A stretch of 35,765 nt of DNA from NCBI GenBank assembly GCA_049599475.1, contig JBMYOQ010000043.1, forward strand, positions 1-35,765, written 5' to 3'. Both the position numbers and the translations under genes were made by a program. The stretch is from Opitutales bacterium. Lineage in GTDB: Bacteria > Verrucomicrobiota > Verrucomicrobiia > Opitutales > JABSRG01. This document shows positions 27,576 to 35,765 of this stretch, one piece after another. The first letter of the stretch is position 1; each line of letters opens with the position of its first letter. Below the pieces are notes generated by a model. The model ran no database searches. It saw only the letters and a program-made list of their open reading frames with translations, and was not told the origin of the DNA.

Positions 27576-29066
27576 ATGCTCCTCGGTCTCGATATGGATA
27601 ACACAGTCTGCGACTACGGTGCTGCGTGGGCGTGGGCAGCTTCAGAGATATTGGATGGGGCTTGGGATATTACGAGTGATCCGAGGCGTGAACTGAAGAA
27701 GCATTTCCAAGAAAAACCAGGGGGGAATCTGGAGTGGACTGAGTTGCAAGGGATTATCTACGGTCAGGGTATCGAGCACGCCCGAATCCCGGATGGACTC
27801 CTCAGTGCTATGGATCAATGGAGAGCTCAAGGGGGGCGAATTGTTTTGGTGAGCCATAAGACTCGTTATCCAGCATATGGAGAATGCCTTGATCTACATG
27901 CTGCTGCCGAGAAGTGGCTCTATGCCACGGGTCTTATCGGGAAGCTTGATGAAACCTTTTTTGAAGCCACGGTCCAGGCAAAGATCGATCGCATCGCAGC
28001 CCTCCGTCCTCAAGTATTTGTCGATGACCTCGAAATGATCGGCTCCCATCCCGATTTTCCCAAAACGACCCAATTTCTCCATTACTCCAGTCCGGAGGAC
28101 TGGACTCAATTAGAAGCTGTGCAGAAATTAGAGTTTAGAGATCAGGGTTTAGATAAAGAAGAAATGCCCCCTCTGTCCTCGGTTCCAAATTCTAAATTCT
28201 CTAGCCTGAAATCTAAGACTCTTTCCGGCGGCCTCAACAATGCGGTAACATCGGAAGGTGATACGGTCCTTAAAACTTACCCACAATCACCCGCGGATGC
28301 GCGGCGCCGATATGGCCGTGAAGTGGCCTTTCTCGAAACGATGCAAGGCGTCGGGCGCATCCCCAAGGTAATTGAGAAGCACCCAGAAGAGCCCGCACTC
28401 GTTATGGAAAAAATCCCGGGCCGTCTTGTGGACACTTCAAATTTGACGACCACTGATTGGGACCAAGCAGTAGACTGGCTCAAGAAACTCTTCATCAAGA
28501 GTGGATCCCTAGATCGCTCGCAAGGCCCCAAGGCCAACGAGGCTTGTTTCTCCCTTATGGACTATCTAGGCGTCCTTCATCTGAGGCGAGACAGGCTCGC
28601 GCAGAATTTAGAGGCTTCGCAGAGTTTAGAAATTAGGGAACTGAAGGTAGAAAGGAATGATGGGGACCCCTCTCAACTCTCCAATCTAAACTCTAAATTC
28701 TTAAATCTATACTCTGAGCTCGCGAAGCGAGCGTTATCTCACCCTGAGTTCAAAACGAAAGCCCCCGCGTCTCAACATGTCTACAGTCCCTCAGATATAG
28801 GCTTCCACAATACGCTGCGTCTCGAAGATGGCACTCTGGCATTTATCGATTTCGAATTCGCTGGTTGGGATGATGGCGCAGGTTTGCTGGCTGACTTCAT
28901 CTCTCAACCACGTGTTTCGGAGGAAGATAATCCATATGCCTCAAATCCCTTGATGTTGTTGGATGAATTTCGTCTTTGGATCTCCGATTCAGATGAGACG
29001 TTTTTACTGAAATGTGAACTGCGAGAGCTGTGGTGGAGTTTCGTAAAGGCGCTCAGAGTTAATTGA
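27576..29066 (+). CDS. Fusion of a HAD-like phosphatase and an APH-fold phosphotransferase
   Basis: N-terminal LGLDMDNT, VSHKT and FVDDL. C-terminal GGLNN, VLKTYP, SPSDIGFHN and FIDFEFAGWDD. Confidence 0.8.
   Translation: MLLGLDMDNTVCDYGAAWAWAASEILDGAWDITSDPRRELKKHFQEKPGGNLEWTELQGIIYGQGIEHARIPDGLLSAMDQWRAQGGRIVLVSHKTRYPAYGECLDLHAAAEKWLYATGLIGKLDETFFEATVQAKIDRIAALRPQVFVDDLEMIGSHPDFPKTTQFLHYSSPEDWTQLEAVQKLEFRDQGLDKEEMPPLSSVPNSKFSSLKSKTLSGGLNNAVTSEGDTVLKTYPQSPADARRRYGREVAFLETMQGVGRIPKVIEKHPEEPALVMEKIPGRLVDTSNLTTTDWDQAVDWLKKLFIKSGSLDRSQGPKANEACFSLMDYLGVLHLRRDRLAQNLEASQSLEIRELKVERNDGDPSQLSNLNSKFLNLYSELAKRALSHPEFKTKAPASQHVYSPSDIGFHNTLRLEDGTLAFIDFEFAGWDDGAGLLADFISQPRVSEEDNPYASNPLMLLDEFRLWISDSDETFLLKCELRELWWSFVKALRVN
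28123..28219. repeat. Heptamer inverted-repeat element F (in frame within CDS)
   Basis: Left arm agaaatt-agagttt-agagatc-agggttt-aga (28123-28153). Right arm ccaaatt-ctaaatt-ctctagc-ctgaaat-ctaagac (28185-28219). Confidence 0.85.
28603..28728. repeat. Heptamer inverted-repeat element G (in frame within CDS)
   Basis: Left arm agaattt-aga...gcttcgc-agagttt-agaaatt-aggg (28603-28638). Right arm ctcaact-ctccaat-ctaaact-ctaaatt-cttaaat-ctatact-ctgagct (28672-28720), with gcgaagc (28722-28728) complementary to gcttcgc. Confidence 0.85.
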
Positions 29067-30354
29067 TTACACGTGAAGCGATTTTGAAGAAACTCTCGTG
29101 TAATTGATCGACGGTGGATGGGTTCCAAAGATATATTTGATTTTCATTATTCCAACAATTCGCTTTGCCGACTTCCATGTATTTGCGCTCATGCACTGTC
29201 CGATAGTTGTAAAGGACACAAGGGTTTTGATTCATATACGCCATTGTTGACGGTCCAGAAGGGCCTCCAACAAATATCGTTGCTAAATATATTAAGGTGT
29301 AGTCCAAGTTAACGTTGTGTCCTTTATACTCCCGGGTGAACAAACAATTTTCAGCTATATCCGCTGGGAAATCGGCTCGTTCACCATCGATAATAAGCCA
29401 TTTGATTTTCGGATATCTATTTAAGGACTCCCTGATAAGGCTTTGATAGTCTTCAGAGCGAGCGTTTCGTTTGATTGTATACTTATTGTTTCTTATGTGT
29501 GTAGCGAAAAAATAATTACGAATATTGTGTTCTGAAAGATATGTTTTTGCTGCATTAATATGATTATTCTCAGGAATAAGGCGTGGGAGTATTTTGGTTT
29601 CTTGATGAAAGCCTTGGATGAATCTGTAGTAATCTGTATAATTCCGATAAGCGACTCCGCTGTCGGATTTAAATTTGGGAATCACCCATTCGCCCTCAGG
29701 TTTTTCTGCCAAATATCTCTCGAGTTCAAGGGCATCTTCAATATAGATATATTGGTCTTTTCTGCGTGTTAGCGAAGAAAAGTGAATTAATTGGTCGTTG
29801 TTTGGAAGGCCCTCTTTAAGCTCGTTATCGAACCGATAAGGTCGACGAGAATCTCTGAACCAGATAGTTTTGATGGGAATGTTTCCGTAGTAATCGGAAA
29901 TCATATTTAGGATAACCACGAAATTTAGATAATCGCCGAAAGTTTGAGGGACGATGCGGAAGTCCCATACACCTGTGATCCATTTTGGACTGGCTTTATT
30001 GGGGTAAAGCTCGGATCGGCGTTTCAACATTATTTGGTCTACAAACTGGATCTCTGGAAATTTTGAAAATTGAAATGGGTTGAATTCAGAAATTTGATAC
30101 GATAGCTCTTCGTCGGTAGTGTTTTCTATATTGTTTTTCAGGCCTTGGATAAGTGCCAAAAGCTCGAACGTTTTTTCGGGATTCACATAAGGGAGACTCT
30201 TTGCCTCTGTTTTGTCATAAAGTGAAGCATGAGCACTCAATTTTGTCGTGAAGGCTGTGATATGCTTGCGCAGAGCTTCGCTATTCTGAATGGCGACAAG
30301 GTTAAGCGCCTTGAAATAAAATCGATATAGCCTTTTGACAGATTTTTCTTCCAT
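29059..30354 (-). CDS. AT-rich hypothetical protein, putative glycosyltransferase-like (GT-B-type C-terminal region)
   Basis: 431-aa ORF with TFGD, THIRNN....RNA and LIYLATIFVGGPSGPS..A.....P....N, resembling putative glycosyltransferases of glycan loci. Confidence 0.55.
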   Translation of the reverse strand: MEEKSVKRLYRFYFKALNLVAIQNSEALRKHITAFTTKLSAHASLYDKTEAKSLPYVNPEKTFELLALIQGLKNNIENTTDEELSYQISEFNPFQFSKFPEIQFVDQIMLKRRSELYPNKASPKWITGVWDFRIVPQTFGDYLNFVVILNMISDYYGNIPIKTIWFRDSRRPYRFDNELKEGLPNNDQLIHFSSLTRRKDQYIYIEDALELERYLAEKPEGEWVIPKFKSDSGVAYRNYTDYYRFIQGFHQETKILPRLIPENNHINAAKTYLSEHNIRNYFFATHIRNNKYTIKRNARSEDYQSLIRESLNRYPKIKWLIIDGERADFPADIAENCLFTREYKGHNVNLDYTLIYLATIFVGGPSGPSTMAYMNQNPCVLYNYRTVHERKYMEVGKANCWNNENQIYLWNPSTVDQLHESFFKIASRVIN

Positions 30355-30514
30355 GTTCAGAGGGTTGATCTTTCACCTTGGAAGCTTTTTCAAGGTTTGT
30401 TTTGAAAAGCCGGATAGTGGTTTATCAAAAAGAGGTTTGGGATCTCTGTCTGTTGGGATTGATCAGCTTCGAGAAATTTTGCTGGTCTGATGATTGCATA
30501 GGCTCTTTCATTTG

Positions 30515-32047
30515 ATGTTTATGATTAAAGACCGTTTTTTTTCTGAAAAATCGAAACCGGAATCCGTTCTTTTGTGGGGTTCGGGGCCTGTCCAGGAGGT
30601 TTTGAAGGTGGCTTTGGTCGATGTAAGTGTCTCTGTGCGATCTGTAAATGACTGCAATTACGAAGCGGCTCAATCAGCTGCAGTTCAGGGGATTCCTACC
30701 ATTGTGACAACTTCGAATTCGGAGGGCGAACTGTGTTTTGATGAAGACTTTGAGTCGTTGGTAAAGAATTGTCCAGAGGGTCGGATATTACACCCCGTCT
30801 CGGCCTTTAGCTGGATTCGGTTTTCGTTATCCGAATGCTGCATCGTGAACGGCTATCCAAGTTCTGGAAATAGGGTATGGTCCTATATCATACGTAAATT
30901 GAGGGCGATGTCGGACTTTGAAACGACTGACCTGATTCGGGCGCGGCAAAGTCTATCCAAACATGCTGATGATTGGATAAAAACTTGTTTGAATAACGAA
31001 ATAGAGGCTTGTGCTCGCGGCTGTCGGGCTATCCCTAATCGTGCACGATATGCAGATGCAAACTACCTAGAAGTGGGAAATTCTGATGCGTATGTGTCTC
31101 TCGAGCCCGTTCCCAGCTTGGAGCTTTTTTATAAGGGATTTCGGCCTGGTCATTTTCGAAAAGGAGGGTCCGGGTGGGATTGGTTACGGGATAGAGGGTG
31201 TAAGAATGTTTTCTTTTCAAGAGATCCACTAGATACTGTAATTTCGTTGTCTGCTAAGTTCTGGTTTATGGATCAGGAGCGCGGACTTATAGATGAGGCC
31301 GAAGACGTTACTGAGCTTCGCCAGGCGATAGCGTTTGTGCGTCTCTCGGATGAACAGTGGTTTAAATCGACTTTGCAGTCCTGCATCGAGTTGATGGAAG
31401 ACTTTATCTTGCAAAACAGCTCATCGCACGTTGCGCGTTATGAGAATCTTTTGGAAAATCCGGTCGAAAATATTGTTGCCCTTTCGGAGTATTTGGGAAC
31501 GCCGGTAGATCGAAAGATGGCAAAGAAGTTGTGGAACAAGTTTGGTATGAAGCCACTTGGAAAATACCAAATTCACTACAACCAGCCCGCGGCGCGCAAG
31601 TGGGAAAAACGGCTGTGGGGCGAGCATGTGACCTGGATAGAAGAGCTCCTTGGAGACCGAGCTGGGACTCGCTTTAGTAACTTAGGGTATGTCTTCGATT
31701 ATAATATGATTACAGGAGAGCGCCCGGAGGTCTCTTCATTTGCTCCTGGGGTCATGGAGCGAGCTGTCGATTATTTGAGAAAAGATGATGCTAATGCGAT
31801 GCCTTCAGACTATGTGGTTAACGATTCCGAGTATGCTCGGGTCTATTCCTTAAATGAGAGCGAGTTTTCTGATTACTCCAAAACCTTAACGCGTGATTCA
31901 GTAAGATCCGCGTTCTCGATATTGTGGGGCTGGGGGGAAGAGTCTGGTTTCAATGGGCGACTTCATAAAGTTGAAAGCCAAAAGACAGAGACCTTTAGTA
32001 AACCTTGCAGCAAATCTCACCTAGATTCGTTCTCCGTCCGAGTCTGA
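30515..32047 (+). CDS. Sulfotransferase-domain protein
   Basis: NGYPSSGNR (5'-PSB-like loop), SRDPLDTVIS (3'-PB), RYENLLENP. ATG 30515 or 30521 is preferred over TTG 30494. Confidence 0.7.
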   Translation: MFMIKDRFFSEKSKPESVLLWGSGPVQEVLKVALVDVSVSVRSVNDCNYEAAQSAAVQGIPTIVTTSNSEGELCFDEDFESLVKNCPEGRILHPVSAFSWIRFSLSECCIVNGYPSSGNRVWSYIIRKLRAMSDFETTDLIRARQSLSKHADDWIKTCLNNEIEACARGCRAIPNRARYADANYLEVGNSDAYVSLEPVPSLELFYKGFRPGHFRKGGSGWDWLRDRGCKNVFFSRDPLDTVISLSAKFWFMDQERGLIDEAEDVTELRQAIAFVRLSDEQWFKSTLQSCIELMEDFILQNSSSHVARYENLLENPVENIVALSEYLGTPVDRKMAKKLWNKFGMKPLGKYQIHYNQPAARKWEKRLWGEHVTWIEELLGDRAGTRFSNLGYVFDYNMITGERPEVSSFAPGVMERAVDYLRKDDANAMPSDYVVNDSEYARVYSLNESEFSDYSKTLTRDSVRSAFSILWGWGEESGFNGRLHKVESQKTETFSKPCSKSHLDSFSVRV

Positions 32048-32099
32048 GTGGAAATGAATTGCCTGACGATGATGAGCTAATTTTTGTTACTTGAAATTT

Positions 32100-33716
32100 A
32101 TGAATATTTTGGGTCTTCATGGTGGGTTCACCATAAATCAGCACGGCGCAGGGACTGCGATTATCAGTGATGGTAAGCTGGTCGTCCACATGGAAGAAGA
32201 GCGATTCAATCGCGTTAAGGATTCCCGTGGTATGCTACCGAATTACGGGCTGCGTGCCGCGCTTGATTACGCTGAGCTCCAGCCGGCAGATATCGACATA
32301 GTTGTGGTGCCTGGGATCACGTATACTAAGCAGAAAGAACGCTTTGCGAAGTATCTGAGCGATTACTTTTCGATTCGGGCGCCGATCACTGTTGTTAATC
32401 ATCAGTATGCCCATTTGGCCGGTGCCTTGAGCGCGAGCCCTTTTAAGGAAGCGCTCGTAGTATCATTGGATGGATCTGGGGATAATCTCTGTGGGATGGT
32501 TGGGGTGTTTTCGGGGGGAAAGCTAGAAGTGAAAGAGGACTTTCCGCGAGCTCAGTCACTCGGGTCCTTCTATACCTTGATGACGACCTATCTAGGCTTT
32601 GAAGACGGCGACGAGTATAAGGTGATGGGGCTATCTGCCTTGGGTTCGCCGAAATATGATTTATCCTTCTTGTTAGATTGGGAAGGGGAGAAGTGGAATT
32701 TCAGAAATAGCTACTTGCGCAAAGATCCACCGATATTGTCAGTTTTCGAATCGAAACAAGGAGACGGCTTGGAGGATCAGATCGGAATTCCGGCACGCTC
32801 TCAAATGGAGCCGCTTGGAGATGTGCATGCCGATCTGGCAGCTTCTGCACAGCTCACCTTTGAGACCGTCTTACTAAAGTTGATGGCTAAACTGAGCGAA
32901 CGTTATCAGTGGAAGGGGCCGCTTGTGTTTACGGGTGGTTGCTCGCTCAACTGCGTGGCAAATGGGCGTTTGATCGAGGAAGGGCCTTTTGAGGAGGTTT
33001 TTATACCCTCCCATGCGCCAGATCGGGGGCTTCCGATTGGGTGTGCTTTTGCGGGTGCGATCGATTTAGGCATACCATTCGAGCGTGAGCCCACGCCATA
33101 TCTGGGGCGTTCTTTTAGTGACGAATCTATCGTTAAAGAGCTCGATTCTAACAAATTGGAATACACCCGAGTCGAATGTTTGGCTGAAGCTGCGGCAGAA
33201 GACTTGGTGGATGGAAAGATATTAGGGTGGTTTCAGGGGCGTTCAGAATCGGGGGCACGTGCTTTGGGTAATCGATCAATTCTTGCGGATCCAAGAAGCG
33301 AAGAGATGAAAGATCGGGTGAACGCTTCAATCAAGTATCGCGAAGCATTCAGACCCTTTGCACCCGTGGTAGCTTTGGAAGATGCGGATTCATATTTCGA
33401 GATGAATGGACAGGTGGCTCCCTATATGAATCAGACTTTTAAAGTGCGTTCAGGCACCCAAGAGAGGATCCCGGCAGTTGTGCATAGTAATAATCGGGTC
33501 CGGGCTCAGACGGTATCTTCTGGAACCAATGAGACTTTATATGCATTGCTCGGTGCCTTCAAAAAGCTCTCTGGGGAATCTGTATTACTTAATACGAGCT
33601 TTAACCTTAAGGGCCAACCGATTGTAGATAGTCCTCGCGATGCTCTTATGACTTTTCACGGTTGCGGTATGGATGTGCTGTATCTTGGGCATTATCGCGT
33701 GAGCAAGAAAAACTAG
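32100..33716 (+). CDS. O-carbamoyltransferase (NodU/CmcH family)
   Basis: EEERFNRVK, HQYAH, SLDGSGD, SLGSFY, EYKVMGLS, GGCSLNCVAN, GARALGNRSILADP, IKYREAFRPFAP, LNTSFN. ATG at 32100. Confidence 0.94.
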   Translation: MNILGLHGGFTINQHGAGTAIISDGKLVVHMEEERFNRVKDSRGMLPNYGLRAALDYAELQPADIDIVVVPGITYTKQKERFAKYLSDYFSIRAPITVVNHQYAHLAGALSASPFKEALVVSLDGSGDNLCGMVGVFSGGKLEVKEDFPRAQSLGSFYTLMTTYLGFEDGDEYKVMGLSALGSPKYDLSFLLDWEGEKWNFRNSYLRKDPPILSVFESKQGDGLEDQIGIPARSQMEPLGDVHADLAASAQLTFETVLLKLMAKLSERYQWKGPLVFTGGCSLNCVANGRLIEEGPFEEVFIPSHAPDRGLPIGCAFAGAIDLGIPFEREPTPYLGRSFSDESIVKELDSNKLEYTRVECLAEAAAEDLVDGKILGWFQGRSESGARALGNRSILADPRSEEMKDRVNASIKYREAFRPFAPVVALEDADSYFEMNGQVAPYMNQTFKVRSGTQERIPAVVHSNNRVRAQTVSSGTNETLYALLGAFKKLSGESVLLNTSFNLKGQPIVDSPRDALMTFHGCGMDVLYLGHYRVSKKN

Positions 33717-33730
33717 CCGTTTTCGATCCA

Positions 33731-34552
33731 GTGAGTTCGATATCGAAATATATTCATGTAGGAGCTGGTAAGGCTGGAAGTACGTCCATCCAGCTAGCTC
33801 TCAAGAGAATGTCCCAAGGCGGTAAGTTGAAACGCACATATTTCCATAAGCTCTTTAATATTCTCGATGGCGAAGGACCTGAAACAGACCTTAAAGTAGC
33901 GCGCGCCTCGTGCTTACAGGACCTCAAGAAGCATAAATCTGCGCTATTGTCTGATGAGCGACTGGCTTCGTATTCACCCAAATATTACAGCCCTAATCTG
34001 GAATATCCCATAGAGTTTAGTTATGCAGAGTATCGTGTGCTTTCTTTCGGATTACTGAATGAAGCGTTCCCAGATGCGCGTTGGCTTTACGTTACGCGTA
34101 ATCGTCATGACCAAAGAGTTTCGACTTATGCCCAATATTTAAGAGGAGGCGGTTGCTTGGAGCTAAATGAATACCTCACTAAATATCAGCAAAGGCTTGA
34201 CCAACTGACGGATCATGAAGCAGTCATATCGATGATAGAAAGTTTAGTGGGCAAAGAAAGACTGGTGGTGGTCTCGTTCGACGAAATTGCGGCGGCTCGC
34301 AGCGAATTACATCGGAAACTATCAGAATGGTGGCCTGATTGGATGCCGGAATTCTGGAAAAATGAAAGAGCAAATCCGAGCCCACCGAAAGATCTTTGGG
34401 ATGCTATCGCTGATGTGAATAAACTACTGGGACTGCTTCTTCGAGATGATTCGGATAAGCTCGAAGAGCTTTCAAGGAAACTGACCGATTCCTCAAACGA
34501 TGAGTTGACGAAGTGTCTGAATGCACGTTGTGAAAGATTCAAAAACTCTTAG
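33731..34552 (+). CDS. Sulfotransferase-like P-loop protein
   Basis: YIHVGAGKAGSTSIQ, LLSDERL, TRN......S.Y.Q....G. GTG 33731 is preferred because TTG 33662 overlaps the previous gene by 55 nt. Confidence 0.65.
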   Translation: MSSISKYIHVGAGKAGSTSIQLALKRMSQGGKLKRTYFHKLFNILDGEGPETDLKVARASCLQDLKKHKSALLSDERLASYSPKYYSPNLEYPIEFSYAEYRVLSFGLLNEAFPDARWLYVTRNRHDQRVSTYAQYLRGGGCLELNEYLTKYQQRLDQLTDHEAVISMIESLVGKERLVVVSFDEIAAARSELHRKLSEWWPDWMPEFWKNERANPSPPKDLWDAIADVNKLLGLLLRDDSDKLEELSRKLTDSSNDELTKCLNARCERFKNS

Positions 34553-34557
34553 AAAAC

Positions 34558-35412
34558 ATGGCGCTACCGAACGTTATAATTGCAGGGCAAGGAAAATCAG
34601 GCACGAGCACTCTTTACGAGGTGCTAAAAGCTCATCCGGAGGCATTCGTTCCTTTGAGGAAAGAAACTGGGTTCTTATCCTATCCAGAGCAGTTCTTTTA
34701 TGGTGAACCTTTTTACGAACGAAATTACTTTAGGGAATATAACGGTGAGAAAATTATAGTCGATACGCATTCATCGATTATGTTTTTTCCCGAAAACCCC
34801 CGGAATATTTTCGAGTTATTGGGCCCAGAGGTGAAATTTGTTTTTACGCTTCGAGATCCTATTATCCGTGCTCTGTCCCATTACGATATGGCGCTATTGC
34901 AGTTGCGAGAGTCACTGAGCTTTAAAGAGGCGGTTCGGCGAGAAGCCCACAGATATTCTGTGGCTCCAAAGGTTCGCGAGGGGATGTCTTACATCGGTCG
35001 AGGGTACTATGCATCCCAAATAGAATCCTTCTTGGAGTATTATCCCAAGGAACAGATGTATTTTATGATTTTCGAGGAAGAGATAACGCAAAACCAGCTG
35101 GAGTCTCTCATAGGTTTGTATGATTTTTTAGGAATTGATCCTGATTTAGGTATTCAGGAGCCAATTGCTAGAAATTCATCTAAAAAATCACTTAAGTTTT
35201 CTTATAATGGTGACACTCTGAGCTTCGCGGGAAAGCGTTATATTTCTCCATCGCCAGAACTTGTTGCACGAGCAGAATTTGCCAGCAATCACTACAAGGA
35301 GAAGTTAGAGCCGGGATACGAGCGATCGATTTATCAGGTCTTTTACGCGGACGAAATTGAAAGGCTTGAAGGTCTGATTGGTAGAGACTTGTCAGCGTGG
35401 AAGAGGAGTTGA
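34558..35412 (+). CDS. Sulfotransferase (heparan-sulfotransferase-like bacterial family)
   Basis: LPNVIIAGQGKSGTSTLY..L..HP, KET.F, LRDPI.RALSHY, GYY..QIE. Confidence 0.88.
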   Translation: MALPNVIIAGQGKSGTSTLYEVLKAHPEAFVPLRKETGFLSYPEQFFYGEPFYERNYFREYNGEKIIVDTHSSIMFFPENPRNIFELLGPEVKFVFTLRDPIIRALSHYDMALLQLRESLSFKEAVRREAHRYSVAPKVREGMSYIGRGYYASQIESFLEYYPKEQMYFMIFEEEITQNQLESLIGLYDFLGIDPDLGIQEPIARNSSKKSLKFSYNGDTLSFAGKRYISPSPELVARAEFASNHYKEKLEPGYERSIYQVFYADEIERLEGLIGRDLSAWKRS

Positions 35413-35446
35413 CTGCTGATATAGGCTTCAATCGCGCTTCAGTAGT

Positions 35447-35715
35447 TTGCCCGGAGTCAAAACGAAAGCACCCGAGCCTCAACATGTTTACAGCCCATCA
35501 GGCATCGAGTTTCACAACGCCCTGCGCCTCGAAGAGGGTTCGCTCGGATTTATTGAAATTGAATTTGCCGGCTGGGATGACGGCGCGGGGCTGTTGGCAG
35601 ATTTTATCTACCAACCGCAAGTCGCAGAGGAGAATCACCCGTTCCGAGCAAATCCATTGGAAATCTATTCAATGTTTAGTTGATGAATATCGGATTCCGA
35701 AGAGATCTTCTACCG
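35447..35715 (+). pseudogene. Degenerate paralogous fragment of the phosphotransferase C-terminal lobe of 27576-29066
   Basis: KTKAPEPQHVYSPSGIEFHNALRLEEGSLGFIEIEFAGWDDGAGLLADFI aligns with KTKAPASQHVYSPSDIGFHNTLRLEDGTLAFIDFEFAGWDDGAGLLADFI. It has no N-lobe, a 1-nt deletion at the 5' end (gagtcaaa vs gagttcaaa), a premature stop and altered catalytic Asp residues. Confidence 0.8.
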
Positions 35716-35765
35716 ATTCTAAAAATTAAAGAGCCTTAAGGTTGTCTAAGAAGCGTTTACTGAAG

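Noticed and set aside
22164..28728. CRISPR array or classical IS/MITE interpretation of the repeats
   Set aside because: No constant 23-47 nt repeat with regular spacers, no cas or transposase gene, and no target-site duplications visible.
35418..35429. 12-nt match gatataggcttc to 28794-28805
   Set aside because: Matches of this length are expected by chance in a 36-kb window, and it is out of register with the paralogous alignment.

Overview
Bacterial chromosomal window, most likely from a Verrucomicrobia/PVC organism; it carries a Planctomycete/Verrucomicrobia-restricted Minf_1886-type gene. The left half (1-18.9 kb) is core and miscellaneous genes: a penicillin-acylase-family gene running off the left edge (missed by the ORF track), a MerC-domain protein, a TonB-dependent receptor, fused glycine dehydrogenase, an MCP, a eukaryote-like tripeptidyl-peptidase-II-type subtilase, a HAD hydrolase, an orphan antitoxin, prfA and an APH-fold probable pseudokinase. 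The right half (19-35.7 kb) is a surface-glycan cluster: GmhA, a reversed-order HldE-like enzyme, two SDRs, split transketolase, methyltransferase, Zn-dehydrogenase, a HAD-kinase fusion, a putative glycosyltransferase, carbamoyltransferase and three sulfotransferase-like genes. The most striking unexplained structure is a family of elements confined to about 22.1-28.7 kb. Each has a left arm of degenerate AGAATTT-type 7-mers and a complementary right arm of CTAAATT-type 7-mers. One copy encloses a four-helix-bundle (IVP/Avd-like) gene, three are short-loop intergenic copies, two are translated in frame inside a protein, and there are extra orphan arms. All four intergenic left arms are directly preceded by a hairpin made from the 3' end of the upstream gene, one of them a perfect 19-bp palindrome. 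All calls were made by eye; no database searches were run.
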